DNA of 64,000 bases from a virus. Lineage: Duplodnaviria > Caudoviricetes. The translations under genes and the position numbers were made by a program. Positions 40,099 through 48,370 of this stretch are shown piece by piece. The first letter of the stretch is position 1, and each line of letters opens with the position of its first letter. Location of the stretch: the IMG/VR virus record IMGVR_UViG_3300037067_007633, positions 1-64,000 of that record, one strand, 5' to 3'. The notes beneath the pieces were generated by a model. The model searched no databases. It was given only the letters and a program-made list of their open reading frames with translations, and was not told where the DNA came from.

Positions 40099-40404
40099 CT
40101 ATACTACTTGTGCGGAGAATTCGTAAAGTTTGTTTTTTAGTTCGTTTGCAAAGCAGGAAAGTCTTTCGTTCTCATCCTCAATGATATCGACAATTTGCCA
40201 AGCAATACTTTCGGGAATCTTGAAGGTGATATCGTGCATTCCCCACGCCCATTCTGTATCGCCTCCCCGTTGTCCTTCAAATTCCCAAGTGCAAAGCACT
40301 AGTAGGTTATATAAATCATTACCGTGTCGATAACGATTTCCAATCCAGTTGATCGCTTTTTGTTCGGTAATGGTAAGGGTAAGGGTATACATTTTCATGA
40401 CCAA
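40099..40404 (-). CDS. hypothetical early protein
   Basis: ORF track. Confidence 0.65.
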   Translation of the reverse strand: MVMKMYTLTLTITEQKAINWIGNRYRHGNDLYNLLVLCTWEFEGQRGGDTEWAWGMHDITFKIPESIAWQIVDIIEDENERLSCFANELKNKLYEFSAQVV

Positions 40405-40625
40405 ACTGTAATGTCGTAATCGACATCCTTTTCAGAAGACATAGAGTAAAATCGCAATACGTACCCATAAGCAGTACATAAACCACATAGTCGGCGATAT
40501 CTTTCTTCCCCCAAATAATCCCTTTCGGATTCTTCAAACTCGCATTTTTCCACAAGAGTTATCATTGTGAGAGGTGGTTGTTTGCATTTAGGATCATACT
40601 TTTGGATGCGGCAGGTTTTTCTCAT
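40395..40625 (-). CDS. hypothetical early protein
   Basis: ORF track; follows the promoter at 40667. Confidence 0.6.
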   Translation of the reverse strand: MRKTCRIQKYDPKCKQPPLTMITLVEKCEFEESERDYLGEERYRRLCGLCTAYGYVLRFYSMSSEKDVDYDITVWS

Positions 40626-40776
40626 GATTTTATCTCTTTGTTTTGTGGTTTGTTGTCACTAACAGTATTATCGGATATTTTTTCAAATAGTCAACAACAA
40701 TTTTTCGACGTTAGTCGAACCCCACTTACCTCTAGCGGGGTAAATAATGAGAAAAGGGGGATTTCTCCCCTAATCT

Positions 40777-41001
40777 CTATTCCCAATAAATTCCCCCTAA
40801 AGCCCCTCTAACCTTAACCAAACCGCAATCTCTCATAATACTATCCCTAGATTGTCGGTTAGCATTCTGACGGTCAAGGCGGATACGTTTTTTTTGGCAG
40901 ACCTTACAAGGGGTTTCCTCATATCGGCATTTATCACAACGGATTTCTTTGCGGTTAGCCATCATTTTCCCATTTAAGTTAGGTATCCCACCATTTCCCA
41001 T
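40777..41001 (-). CDS. small Zn-binding early protein (true start probably internal)
   Basis: CDKC..CKVC; GLVKVRGALGGIYWE. Confidence 0.6.
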   Translation of the reverse strand: MGNGGIPNLNGKMMANRKEIRCDKCRYEETPCKVCQKKRIRLDRQNANRQSRDSIMRDCGLVKVRGALGGIYWE

Positions 41002-41255
41002 CTTCCACTGCCCATTCTATACCATGTATAGTATAGACGGGTATTTAACTCTACTCCAAAACGCTCTAATCGCTGAATAGACCTACCCTCATCATTGTAG
41101 CAACACACTGGCTCAACGGCAAAGGTAATGTCTACTTCTAGGAGGATACTCTGCACGCGACTGAGATAGTCTTGCGGGCTATTGTAATACCCCCCACTTG
41201 ACAATCTGGCGATTTCTTCCCTCATACAATCCCTAGATCCCACTTGATTCGTCAT
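40974..41255 (-). CDS. hypothetical early protein
   Basis: WYRMGSGRWEMVGYL C-terminus. Confidence 0.65.
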   Translation of the reverse strand: MTNQVGSRDCMREEIARLSSGGYYNSPQDYLSRVQSILLEVDITFAVEPVCCYNDEGRSIQRLERFGVELNTRLYYTWYRMGSGRWEMVGYLT

Positions 41256-41515
41256 TATGTTTCCCCTTGTGTTCGATTCACTAACTATATTGTCGGCTAT
41301 ATTTCGTAGAAGTCAATATGTTTTCCTTCCTATTTATTTCGCAAAGCGAAACCCCACATACCTCTAACGAGGTATGAAATATGGAATTAGAGTATCCCCC
41401 AGTTAGGTATGTCAGGAAAAAATAATTAAAGAGACGTTATAGCGTCTATATTGTCGCCCTAATGACAGTTACAAGCGTTTTTTGAAAATTTCCATTGAAT
41501 CATAGGGGTTTTACC

Positions 41516-42055
41516 CTACTCTGGAATGTATCCAACCTTAATGGGAGCCCCCATAACCTGGGGACCAACCGGACTACCCAAAGTAGCCCTTAGCTCATCC
41601 CCCATTTTCCCTACTACTTCAATGGCTTGGAGGATTTCATCCCGTTCTTTCGGGTTAGCTAACCTAATCCACCCCTCAGAGAAGGTAATCTTTCCCGCCC
41701 GAACGAAAGCCCCCACAAAAGCGGTATCAACCTTTTTGGGGGTGATTTTGTCGTAGACCCTCTTCTTACGGGTTTTGCGACCCCCTACCCTTATCCCCGC
41801 TAGGGCATATAACCTTTTCAGGGCATCTTTATCCCCTTCTAGCGAAGCTAACACCTGTTCTTGTCTACTGTGTAGACAATTCTTAACCCCAATTCCCCTA
41901 CCATTTTCGGGGGAATGGTCGTTGTGGCTTGACAGCCTAATTTGAGGTTGTACCCCATAAACCCCCTCCAAAGAAGAGAGTTTGGACGAATCCCCGTTAT
42001 CAACCTTTGGGGACGGGGTGTCAGTATACGGGTTGTCGATGCGGCAAATAGGCAT
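41516..42055 (-). CDS. hypothetical early protein
   Basis: ORF track; AAGGGA RBS. Confidence 0.55.
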   Translation of the reverse strand: MPICRIDNPYTDTPSPKVDNGDSSKLSSLEGVYGVQPQIRLSSHNDHSPENGRGIGVKNCLHSRQEQVLASLEGDKDALKRLYALAGIRVGGRKTRKKRVYDKITPKKVDTAFVGAFVRAGKITFSEGWIRLANPKERDEILQAIEVVGKMGDELRATLGSPVGPQVMGAPIKVGYIPE

Positions 42056-42088
42056 TGTTTTTCCCTTAGGTTGGCGTAGCCAAGCTAA

Positions 42089-42409
42089 TTAGATTGTACT
42101 TGCAAGGTATTCGTATACTTCTTTAGTGACCTTGGTAACCGATCCCCACCCCTCGATTTCATACAGGGCAACCTTTTGATCTGGTCCCCCAAACGGACCA
42201 ACACCGTTAGATCCCACGTATCCAGTCGTCTTGCGAATTACACTTGGTAGTATGATCTGACCAGACTTGTCGAGTGCCGTAAAAACAGCACTATAGACGC
42301 CAGACCTAATCAAACGTTTTGTAGCACGATACAGCTTACCGGAAATAGTAACGGTGTGAGACATTTTGTTTTCCCTAGTCAAAAGTGTATTGTAACCTAT
42401 TTTTTGCAA
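42089..42409 (-). CDS. hypothetical early protein (likely start MSHTV)
   Basis: ORF track; promoter at 42389. Confidence 0.6.
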   Translation of the reverse strand: MQKIGYNTLLTRENKMSHTVTISGKLYRATKRLIRSGVYSAVFTALDKSGQIILPSVIRKTTGYVGSNGVGPFGGPDQKVALYEIEGWGSVTKVTKEVYEYLASTI

Positions 42410-42437
42410 AGAGCAACCACAAATTGGCGTTAGCCAA

Positions 42438-42842
42438 CTACTTTGTCCGACCCCCCAACCTTCCGGTTTTCACACAGAATTCAGCGGGGGCTCTGCTAGA
42501 TCGCGGTCCCCTTCCTAGTGAGGGGTTCGACTTGACCAGACCCTCAAACAGGGTGTCATCCACTAGTTCTCCGTTAGAGAACGGGGAAGGGATAGACTCG
42601 TCCTCATCCTCTAGGTTGTGGTTAATTGCTACCCTCTCGTAGTACGCTTTGAGGCGGTCAATCCGCCCCTCTTCCTTGGGGACACAAGCATACTTGTGAC
42701 CCCTATTAGGGCACCCGGTGGTGTGCCCTACCGATCCCTCAATAGTATCCTCTTGTCCGGGTTTCCCCCCACCCTCTTCAGGGGTTAGGTAGACGACACG
42801 GACGACCTCGAAACAGTCTGACGGCAAGTGTAAGTCTAACAC
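42438..42842 (-). CDS. hypothetical early protein
   Basis: AAGGAG RBS. Confidence 0.55.
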   Translation of the reverse strand: MLDLHLPSDCFEVVRVVYLTPEEGGGKPGQEDTIEGSVGHTTGCPNRGHKYACVPKEEGRIDRLKAYYERVAINHNLEDEDESIPSPFSNGELVDDTLFEGLVKSNPSLGRGPRSSRAPAEFCVKTGRLGGRTK

Positions 42843-42898
42843 TGGAGACTCCTTGTTGTGTTACAGGAAGAGAACAGTATACGGTATGCGGGACATAC

Positions 42899-43183
42899 TC
42901 AAACGTCATATCCACCATATTGGTGGACTACGATGTAATTGCGGGTACGGCGGACAATCACGGGTTTGCGATAGTGGAGTGTGCCAACAGTACCAGACAA
43001 CGAGGTTAGCTGATAGAGTGTAAACATCTGCCGTAAGCAATGCACTCGTTTGATCCAACTCTTACGGGGAAATAGTACTCTTCTCATGAAGCTTGAACCC
43101 AATTCCTTGTCTAACTCTACCACATCTTCCCTAACACCCGTAAACGAAACGTGTTTCTGAATACCTTTCATATCACACCCCAT
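42899..43183 (-). CDS. hypothetical early protein
   Basis: ORF track. Confidence 0.55.
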   Translation of the reverse strand: MGCDMKGIQKHVSFTGVREDVVELDKELGSSFMRRVLFPRKSWIKRVHCLRQMFTLYQLTSLSGTVGTLHYRKPVIVRRTRNYIVVHQYGGYDV

Positions 43184-43569
43184 AAGGTAAGAGAAGGATA
43201 GTTTTTCCCGATGTCCGAATCTTAGGAAAATGAAATAGTTGGGGCAACCCCCCGATTAGAAAATATATCAAAAGTGTCGGGAAAATGCGTGCCAACTATG
43301 ATTTTAGGTATGAGGTAGACAGTTAGTTTTTTGGATACTAAGTAGCCCCCATTAGTGGCAATCGGTATGTTTGGGGGATGAGGGGTTTGATGGGGTTAGT
43401 TATGGTAAGGGGGTTTTTCTAACCAAAAGTAAGTACCGCTATAGGTGCGGGAAATGGCGGGGGGATGAATTTATAGGATTGATATAACTAACTTTATAGA
43501 ACCCCCTTTGGTCATCCTTGTAGCTACAACTTTCTCTATTAGCTTACGTTGTGGTTGTTTGCTACTACA

Positions 43570-44034
43570 TTAGTTAAAGAATTCTTTTATATCTTCATAT
43601 AAATTTATCTTTGTATTATCTAATCCATTTTTATATGCTTTCAGAATTTTGTCTTCACAACTTTTATTTACGAAGTAAATAACATAATTAGTATAATTAA
43701 ATTGGGGGAATAATTGGGAAAAATAATTAAGTTGATTACCTATATTAACACTATTACTTAGATATATCCTATTCTTACAGCGTAGCTGTAACAAAAAAAT
43801 CCCACCAATTCCGTTCATTTGTTCTATTCTAACTTCCTTGATAGCCCCTATCTTCATCATTCCACATTTTCTAGCTAATCTTTTAATAGAGGATTCACTT
43901 AAATTAATTATTTTAGATAGTTGTTTAACAGACATATAGGGGAAATTTTCCCGAACCAGTTTTAAATCTTCCGGTTGAATTTGTCTTCTTTGTTTTCTAA
44001 CTTTACCATCTTTGCTTTGTTTGGGTCTTGACAT
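43570..44034 (-). CDS. HTH protein with a degenerate GIY-YIG-like segment
   Basis: SVKQLSKIINLSESSIKRLARKCG; GIFLLQ....RIYLSNSVNI. Confidence 0.55.
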   Translation of the reverse strand: MSRPKQSKDGKVRKQRRQIQPEDLKLVRENFPYMSVKQLSKIINLSESSIKRLARKCGMMKIGAIKEVRIEQMNGIGGIFLLQLRCKNRIYLSNSVNIGNQLNYFSQLFPQFNYTNYVIYFVNKSCEDKILKAYKNGLDNTKINLYEDIKEFFN

Positions 44035-44126
44035 AATAATTTCCCATTTCATTATATTGGCGATAGCCAACAAAAAAGGGCGGGACTTTTACATCCCACC
44101 CCCATCACCCTCTTTATTTTTTTTAA

Positions 44127-44426
44127 TTACTGGGGTTGTACGGCTGATTCTGGTGTCGGGACGGCAACAGCTTTAGCTGCTACTTTAGCGTCATGCTTAG
44201 CCTTAATAACTGCAACTTCTTCGGCGGTTAAAATTCGATTTGCACCGCGACCACGAGCCTTAACAATTCCTAATTGTGTGCGAATTGCACGTACACACTT
44301 AGCATTTACGGGATAACCCATCATAGTTGTTAATTCGGAAGCTATTACGTTATCACGCTTAGCTGCTGCATTTTCCATAACATAGTTAACTTCTTCTGGT
44401 TTGTATTCTTTCTTGACCTTTACCAT
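44127..44426 (-). CDS. small HTH-like DNA-binding protein
   Basis: AAGGAG RBS; DNVIASELT...VRAIRTQLGIVKARGR. Confidence 0.7.
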   Translation of the reverse strand: MVKVKKEYKPEEVNYVMENAAAKRDNVIASELTTMMGYPVNAKCVRAIRTQLGIVKARGRGANRILTAEEVAVIKAKHDAKVAAKAVAVPTPESAVQPQ

Positions 44427-44528
44427 TTCCCTAACTCCTTATACCTAATAAATTCTTTTTAGTAAAAACACCTATATAATATTGTATACGGGATTTTTAC
44501 AAAAAGTTTCTTAAAGAAGAAAAAAATA

Positions 44529-45110
44529 ATGAATTTACCATCTGGAATAACTGAAAACGATTTTTTACAAGTAATGGGGGCAATAACAAATTCCGTTAAG
44601 GATTCATATTCTTTTGGATATTATGACAGTGCGGATATTTCCCAAGAATGCTATATTTTTGCTATAGAAGCCCTACCAAAATATAATTGTGAAAGAGGAT
44701 CTTTGTTTACATTTTTAAATACACATATAAAGAATCGCTTATTAAATTTACGGAGAAATAAATTAATAAGGGTCCAATTACCATGTTTAGACTGTCATAT
44801 ATGTGTAACCGAAGAAGAAAGAAATAAGTGTAAAAAATATCTTAAATGGAAGCGGAGAAATGAACTTAAAAAAAACCTAATGGAATCTTTTGAATTAACA
44901 GATACAAATATTGATAATAAAGATCAAGATAGTTTATCGTTATTGCTAAATACGGAATTAATGTGTATAATTGATAGGAATCTTCCTATTAATTTGCGGA
45001 GTGATTATAGAAGAATTTTAGAAGGTAGTAAAATTTCTAAAAAAAGAAAAATGGCGGTTGTGAATATAATTATAAATATTTTAAGGAATAATCAATATGG
45101 CGGTGAATAA
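44529..45110 (+). CDS. phage RNA polymerase sigma factor (sigma70 region 2-like)
   Basis: DISQECYIFAIEALPKYNCERGSLFTFLNTHIKNRLLNLRR. Confidence 0.8.
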   Translation: MNLPSGITENDFLQVMGAITNSVKDSYSFGYYDSADISQECYIFAIEALPKYNCERGSLFTFLNTHIKNRLLNLRRNKLIRVQLPCLDCHICVTEEERNKCKKYLKWKRRNELKKNLMESFELTDTNIDNKDQDSLSLLLNTELMCIIDRNLPINLRSDYRRILEGSKISKKRKMAVVNIIINILRNNQYGGE

Positions 45111-45894
45111 AGAACATCAAAAATATATTCTAGATAATTTGGATAAAATACCGGACGAACAAATAGCAAAAAATATTGGGAAAAGTCTTGAAGATATAAA
45201 ACTAGTAAGAATTCGTCAACCTGTTTTAAAAACATATAATGACACAGATTCTCTTGAACAATTACACGCAAAACATTATTGGAAAGAAGTAAAAAAAATA
45301 CTTTTGTCGGACGAAGTTGAATATTTTGAAAAAGAGTGGCTTCAACTAATGGCACAATTTTCTAATGCAGAAATTGTATATACAGATGAAATTCAAATTA
45401 AAGATTTGATAATGACGGAAATTTTCCTTATTAGAAATTTAAATAAAAGAAGAGATATAATTGCGGACCAAGTTATTTTAAGTAGAAATTTACACGAGGA
45501 AGAAAAAGTTGACAGTGAGCAACGCGATGACGCCCAAATAGCTATTTTAAGGCGGGAAATTTCCTCAATGGAGGTTGCCCTACAATCCCTTGATAAAAAT
45601 CAACAGGGTTATGAGGGAAGAAAAGACACGTTATTGAAGTCGTTGAAGGCTACTAGAGAAGCCCGATTAAAACAAATAGAAGATCGGGGAAAAAACTTTT
45701 TTGGTCTAATTAAATACTTAAATGATAGGGAAAATCGGGAAAAAGAAGGTCGATGGATGGATTTAATGGGAAAGTCAACGGACAAATCTTACGAAGAACT
45801 TACGCAAAGTGTTCAATACGAAGATGGTTCTATAGATTGTCCAATATTAGATCCAGAAATGATTTCTAAAGAAACAGAGGAAAATAAGGAATAA
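45097..45894 (+). CDS. HTH/coiled-coil protein, candidate terminase small subunit
   Basis: N-terminal HTH, coiled coil, position upstream of TerL. Confidence 0.45.
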   Translation: MAVNKEHQKYILDNLDKIPDEQIAKNIGKSLEDIKLVRIRQPVLKTYNDTDSLEQLHAKHYWKEVKKILLSDEVEYFEKEWLQLMAQFSNAEIVYTDEIQIKDLIMTEIFLIRNLNKRRDIIADQVILSRNLHEEEKVDSEQRDDAQIAILRREISSMEVALQSLDKNQQGYEGRKDTLLKSLKATREARLKQIEDRGKNFFGLIKYLNDRENREKEGRWMDLMGKSTDKSYEELTQSVQYEDGSIDCPILDPEMISKETEENKE

Positions 45895-45897
45895 AAA

Positions 45898-47907
45898 ATG
45901 GAAAAACAAAAAACAGCTTTAATCACAGGAATTACTGGACAAGATGGTAGTTTTTTGGCAGAACAGCTTTTAGAAAAAGATTACAAGGTCATAGGTTTAA
46001 TTCGTAGGTCAAGTACAAACAACACCACTAATATTTCTTCCCTATTAAATGATAAAAACTTAGTATTAGTACACGGTGATCTTACAGATTACATCTCTAT
46101 TAATAGGATATTTAGGGAAAATAAGATTGACGAATGTTATAATATGGCGGCACAGTCCCACGTTTTTATTTCTTTTAATCAACCACAATATACTACCGAA
46201 GTTAACTATTTAGGTGTAATGAATATATTAGATAATATACAAAGATATTCACCATGGACTAAGCTTTATCATGCCAGTAGTTCGGAAATGTTTGGAAATA
46301 ATTGTTCTGAAACCATTTCCAATATTAAATATCAGGATGAAAATACCCCATTTTCTCCACAATCCCCATATGGAATTAGTAAAGTAGCGGCTCATCATTT
46401 ATGTCAGTTATATAGGAAAACTTATGGATTATTTATTTGTTGTGGAATACTTTTTAATCACGAATCAATACCAGCACATAGTCCAATTTTAATTAAAAAA
46501 GATAATTTAATAGATATCATACCAATTGAAGATGTATTTAAATCAGAACATCATCGTTATGAAGGAATTTTGGATAAATATAAAAATATTGAAATTTGGG
46601 ATGGTAATATTTGGACAAAAGTAGTTAGCGGTACAGCGTATAAAGATGATACAAAATCATTAATAGGAATTCAAACAAGAAGATCTTTTTATGAAGCAAC
46701 TAAAGAACATATTGCTTTTGATAAAGACGAAAATGAAATAGAAACACAAAACTGGAAAATTGGAAATATAGTAAGTGATACAAAATTTCCTATTAATAAT
46801 AGTAATGTAGAATTAGATGAAATTTTAGCAAAATTTATAGGATATCTTGTTGGAGACGGATATATTTCAGAAGACGGTAAAATAAGAATAACTGGAAATA
46901 ATTTAGAACAATTACATGAAATTATTAAATTAGTAAGTATTCCATATTGTTGGACTTATAGAGAATATAAGTCTAATGGAGGTTTTAAGAAAAAGAAACA
47001 GGTTTATAATATTGATTTAAATAACGATGGAAATTTTGGTAAATGGATTAGATCTAATATTTATACAAAATCTAAATTTAAAAAAGTTCCGCAGTTTATT
47101 TTAAATTCTTCTATTAAAATACAAAAAGCGTTCTTTGATGGGTATTATTTAGCTAATGGTAGACAAGCTGGTCACGAACGATATTATTATAAGGGTTTTA
47201 CAACTAATTCAGCAGTATTATCAATGGGTATTAATTTCTTATTTAATAATATATTTAAGTGTGATAAAATTAAAACAAAGATGGATTTTAAGAATAATAA
47301 AAGATATTATTATACTCAATTTGGTAATCCTTTATTTTTAGGAAATAAAAGCAAAGAACAAAATGAAATTATTAAAATTACAAAATTAAATAATGACAGT
47401 GGGTGGTTTTATGATTTACAAACCGAATCTCAAAAATTTGTAGTTGGTCCAAATATTTTTAAAATACATAATAGCCCTCATCGTTCAGAAAATTTTGTTA
47501 CCCGTAAAATTACAAAATATGTTGCTAATTTAGCTATTAATAAAAGATCTGAAAAATTACATTTAGGAAATTTAGATGCTAGTAGAGATTGGGGTTATAG
47601 TCCTGCGTATATGGAAGTTATCCAAATTATGATGAATCAACTTCAAGCCGACGATTATGTTATTGGCAGTGGAGAAACTCATACAGTTAAAGAATTTTGT
47701 AAAAAGGCTTTTGCTTATATAGGTAGAAATTATAAAGATTATGTTAAAATTGACGCCAAACTATTTAGACCCGCAGAAGTTAATTATCTTTGTGCCAATA
47801 CTAGTAAAGCACAATTAAAATTAGGATGGAAATACAACTTAACATTCGATGAATTAATAAAAAAAATGATAGAGTACGATATAGAGAAATTAAAAAATAA
47901 TGGGTAA
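45898..47907 (+). CDS. gmd: GDP-mannose 4,6-dehydratase with intein
   Basis: ALITGITGQDG, YNMAAQSHV, ASSSEMFG, SPYGISK, GILFNHE|SPHR..FVTRK, LGNLDASRDWG. Confidence 0.95.
   Translation: MEKQKTALITGITGQDGSFLAEQLLEKDYKVIGLIRRSSTNNTTNISSLLNDKNLVLVHGDLTDYISINRIFRENKIDECYNMAAQSHVFISFNQPQYTTEVNYLGVMNILDNIQRYSPWTKLYHASSSEMFGNNCSETISNIKYQDENTPFSPQSPYGISKVAAHHLCQLYRKTYGLFICCGILFNHESIPAHSPILIKKDNLIDIIPIEDVFKSEHHRYEGILDKYKNIEIWDGNIWTKVVSGTAYKDDTKSLIGIQTRRSFYEATKEHIAFDKDENEIETQNWKIGNIVSDTKFPINNSNVELDEILAKFIGYLVGDGYISEDGKIRITGNNLEQLHEIIKLVSIPYCWTYREYKSNGGFKKKKQVYNIDLNNDGNFGKWIRSNIYTKSKFKKVPQFILNSSIKIQKAFFDGYYLANGRQAGHERYYYKGFTTNSAVLSMGINFLFNNIFKCDKIKTKMDFKNNKRYYYTQFGNPLFLGNKSKEQNEIIKITKLNNDSGWFYDLQTESQKFVVGPNIFKIHNSPHRSENFVTRKITKYVANLAINKRSEKLHLGNLDASRDWGYSPAYMEVIQIMMNQLQADDYVIGSGETHTVKEFCKKAFAYIGRNYKDYVKIDAKLFRPAEVNYLCANTSKAQLKLGWKYNLTFDELIKKMIEYDIEKLKNNG
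46465..47472 (+). mobile_element. intein (336 aa) with LAGLIDADG endonuclease in gmd
   Basis: begins SIPAHS, ends KIHN, +1 Ser; IGYLVGDG and FFDGYYLANG; removal restores NHE-SP. Confidence 0.9.
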
Positions 47908-48370
47908 ATATTTAATCTTAAAGGATACTCGCGAGAAAGAGAAAAAGGGATGGATTTTTAAAACCGACAGATCTTGTGCGGGCACCGAAGTACAAAAATT
48001 AGATACTGGCGATTATACTATTGCTGGTTTTGAAAATATTTTATGTATTGAAAGAAAAGGAAGTGTTAGTGAGTTCGCACGTAATATAGTAGAAAAAAGA
48101 TTTGAAAAAGAATTAGACCGTATGGATGAATTTCCCTATTCATATATTCTTTTAGAATTTACCGAAGAAGACATTAATAATTTTCCAAAAGGATGTGGAA
48201 TTCCTCGTAGAGTTCAAAAATATGTTAGAATTAAACCAAAATTTATTTATTATAGAATAAAAGAAATAATGGAGCAACATAAAGTAAAAATTATCTTGTG
48301 TGGAGATAATGGAAAACAAATAGCACAAGAAATTTTTGATTTTGTATTAAACGATGTTAAATCTAGATAA
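47900..48370 (+). CDS. ERCC4-domain nuclease
   Basis: DTRE, LDTGDY, IERKGS..E. Confidence 0.85.
   Translation: MGKYLILKDTREKEKKGWIFKTDRSCAGTEVQKLDTGDYTIAGFENILCIERKGSVSEFARNIVEKRFEKELDRMDEFPYSYILLEFTEEDINNFPKGCGIPRRVQKYVRIKPKFIYYRIKEIMEQHKVKIILCGDNGKQIAQEIFDFVLNDVKSR

Larger units (their letters stand above)
35247..42416 (-). promoter_or_regulatory. cluster of 28-bp sigma70-type early promoters
   Basis: TTGnnn-16nt-nAnAAT starting at 35247, 36936, 37729, 37810, 38441, 39004, 39158, 39939, 40667, 41289 and 42389 (also 32729). Confidence 0.85.
32087..44070. repeat. dispersed intergenic module: mini-hairpin + AACCCCACATACC + second hairpin + terminator
   Basis: copies at about 32087, 35310, 35367, 36975, 37258, 37869, 38479, 39194, 39987, 40704 and 41337; hairpin-only copies at 42071, 42424 and 44057. 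Confidence 0.9.

Noticed and set aside
32087-42440. Repeated CCCCACATACC modules as a CRISPR array or classical integron
   Set aside because: Spacing is mostly hundreds to thousands of bp and contains genes, the repeats are degenerate, and no cas, intI or attC core sites are seen
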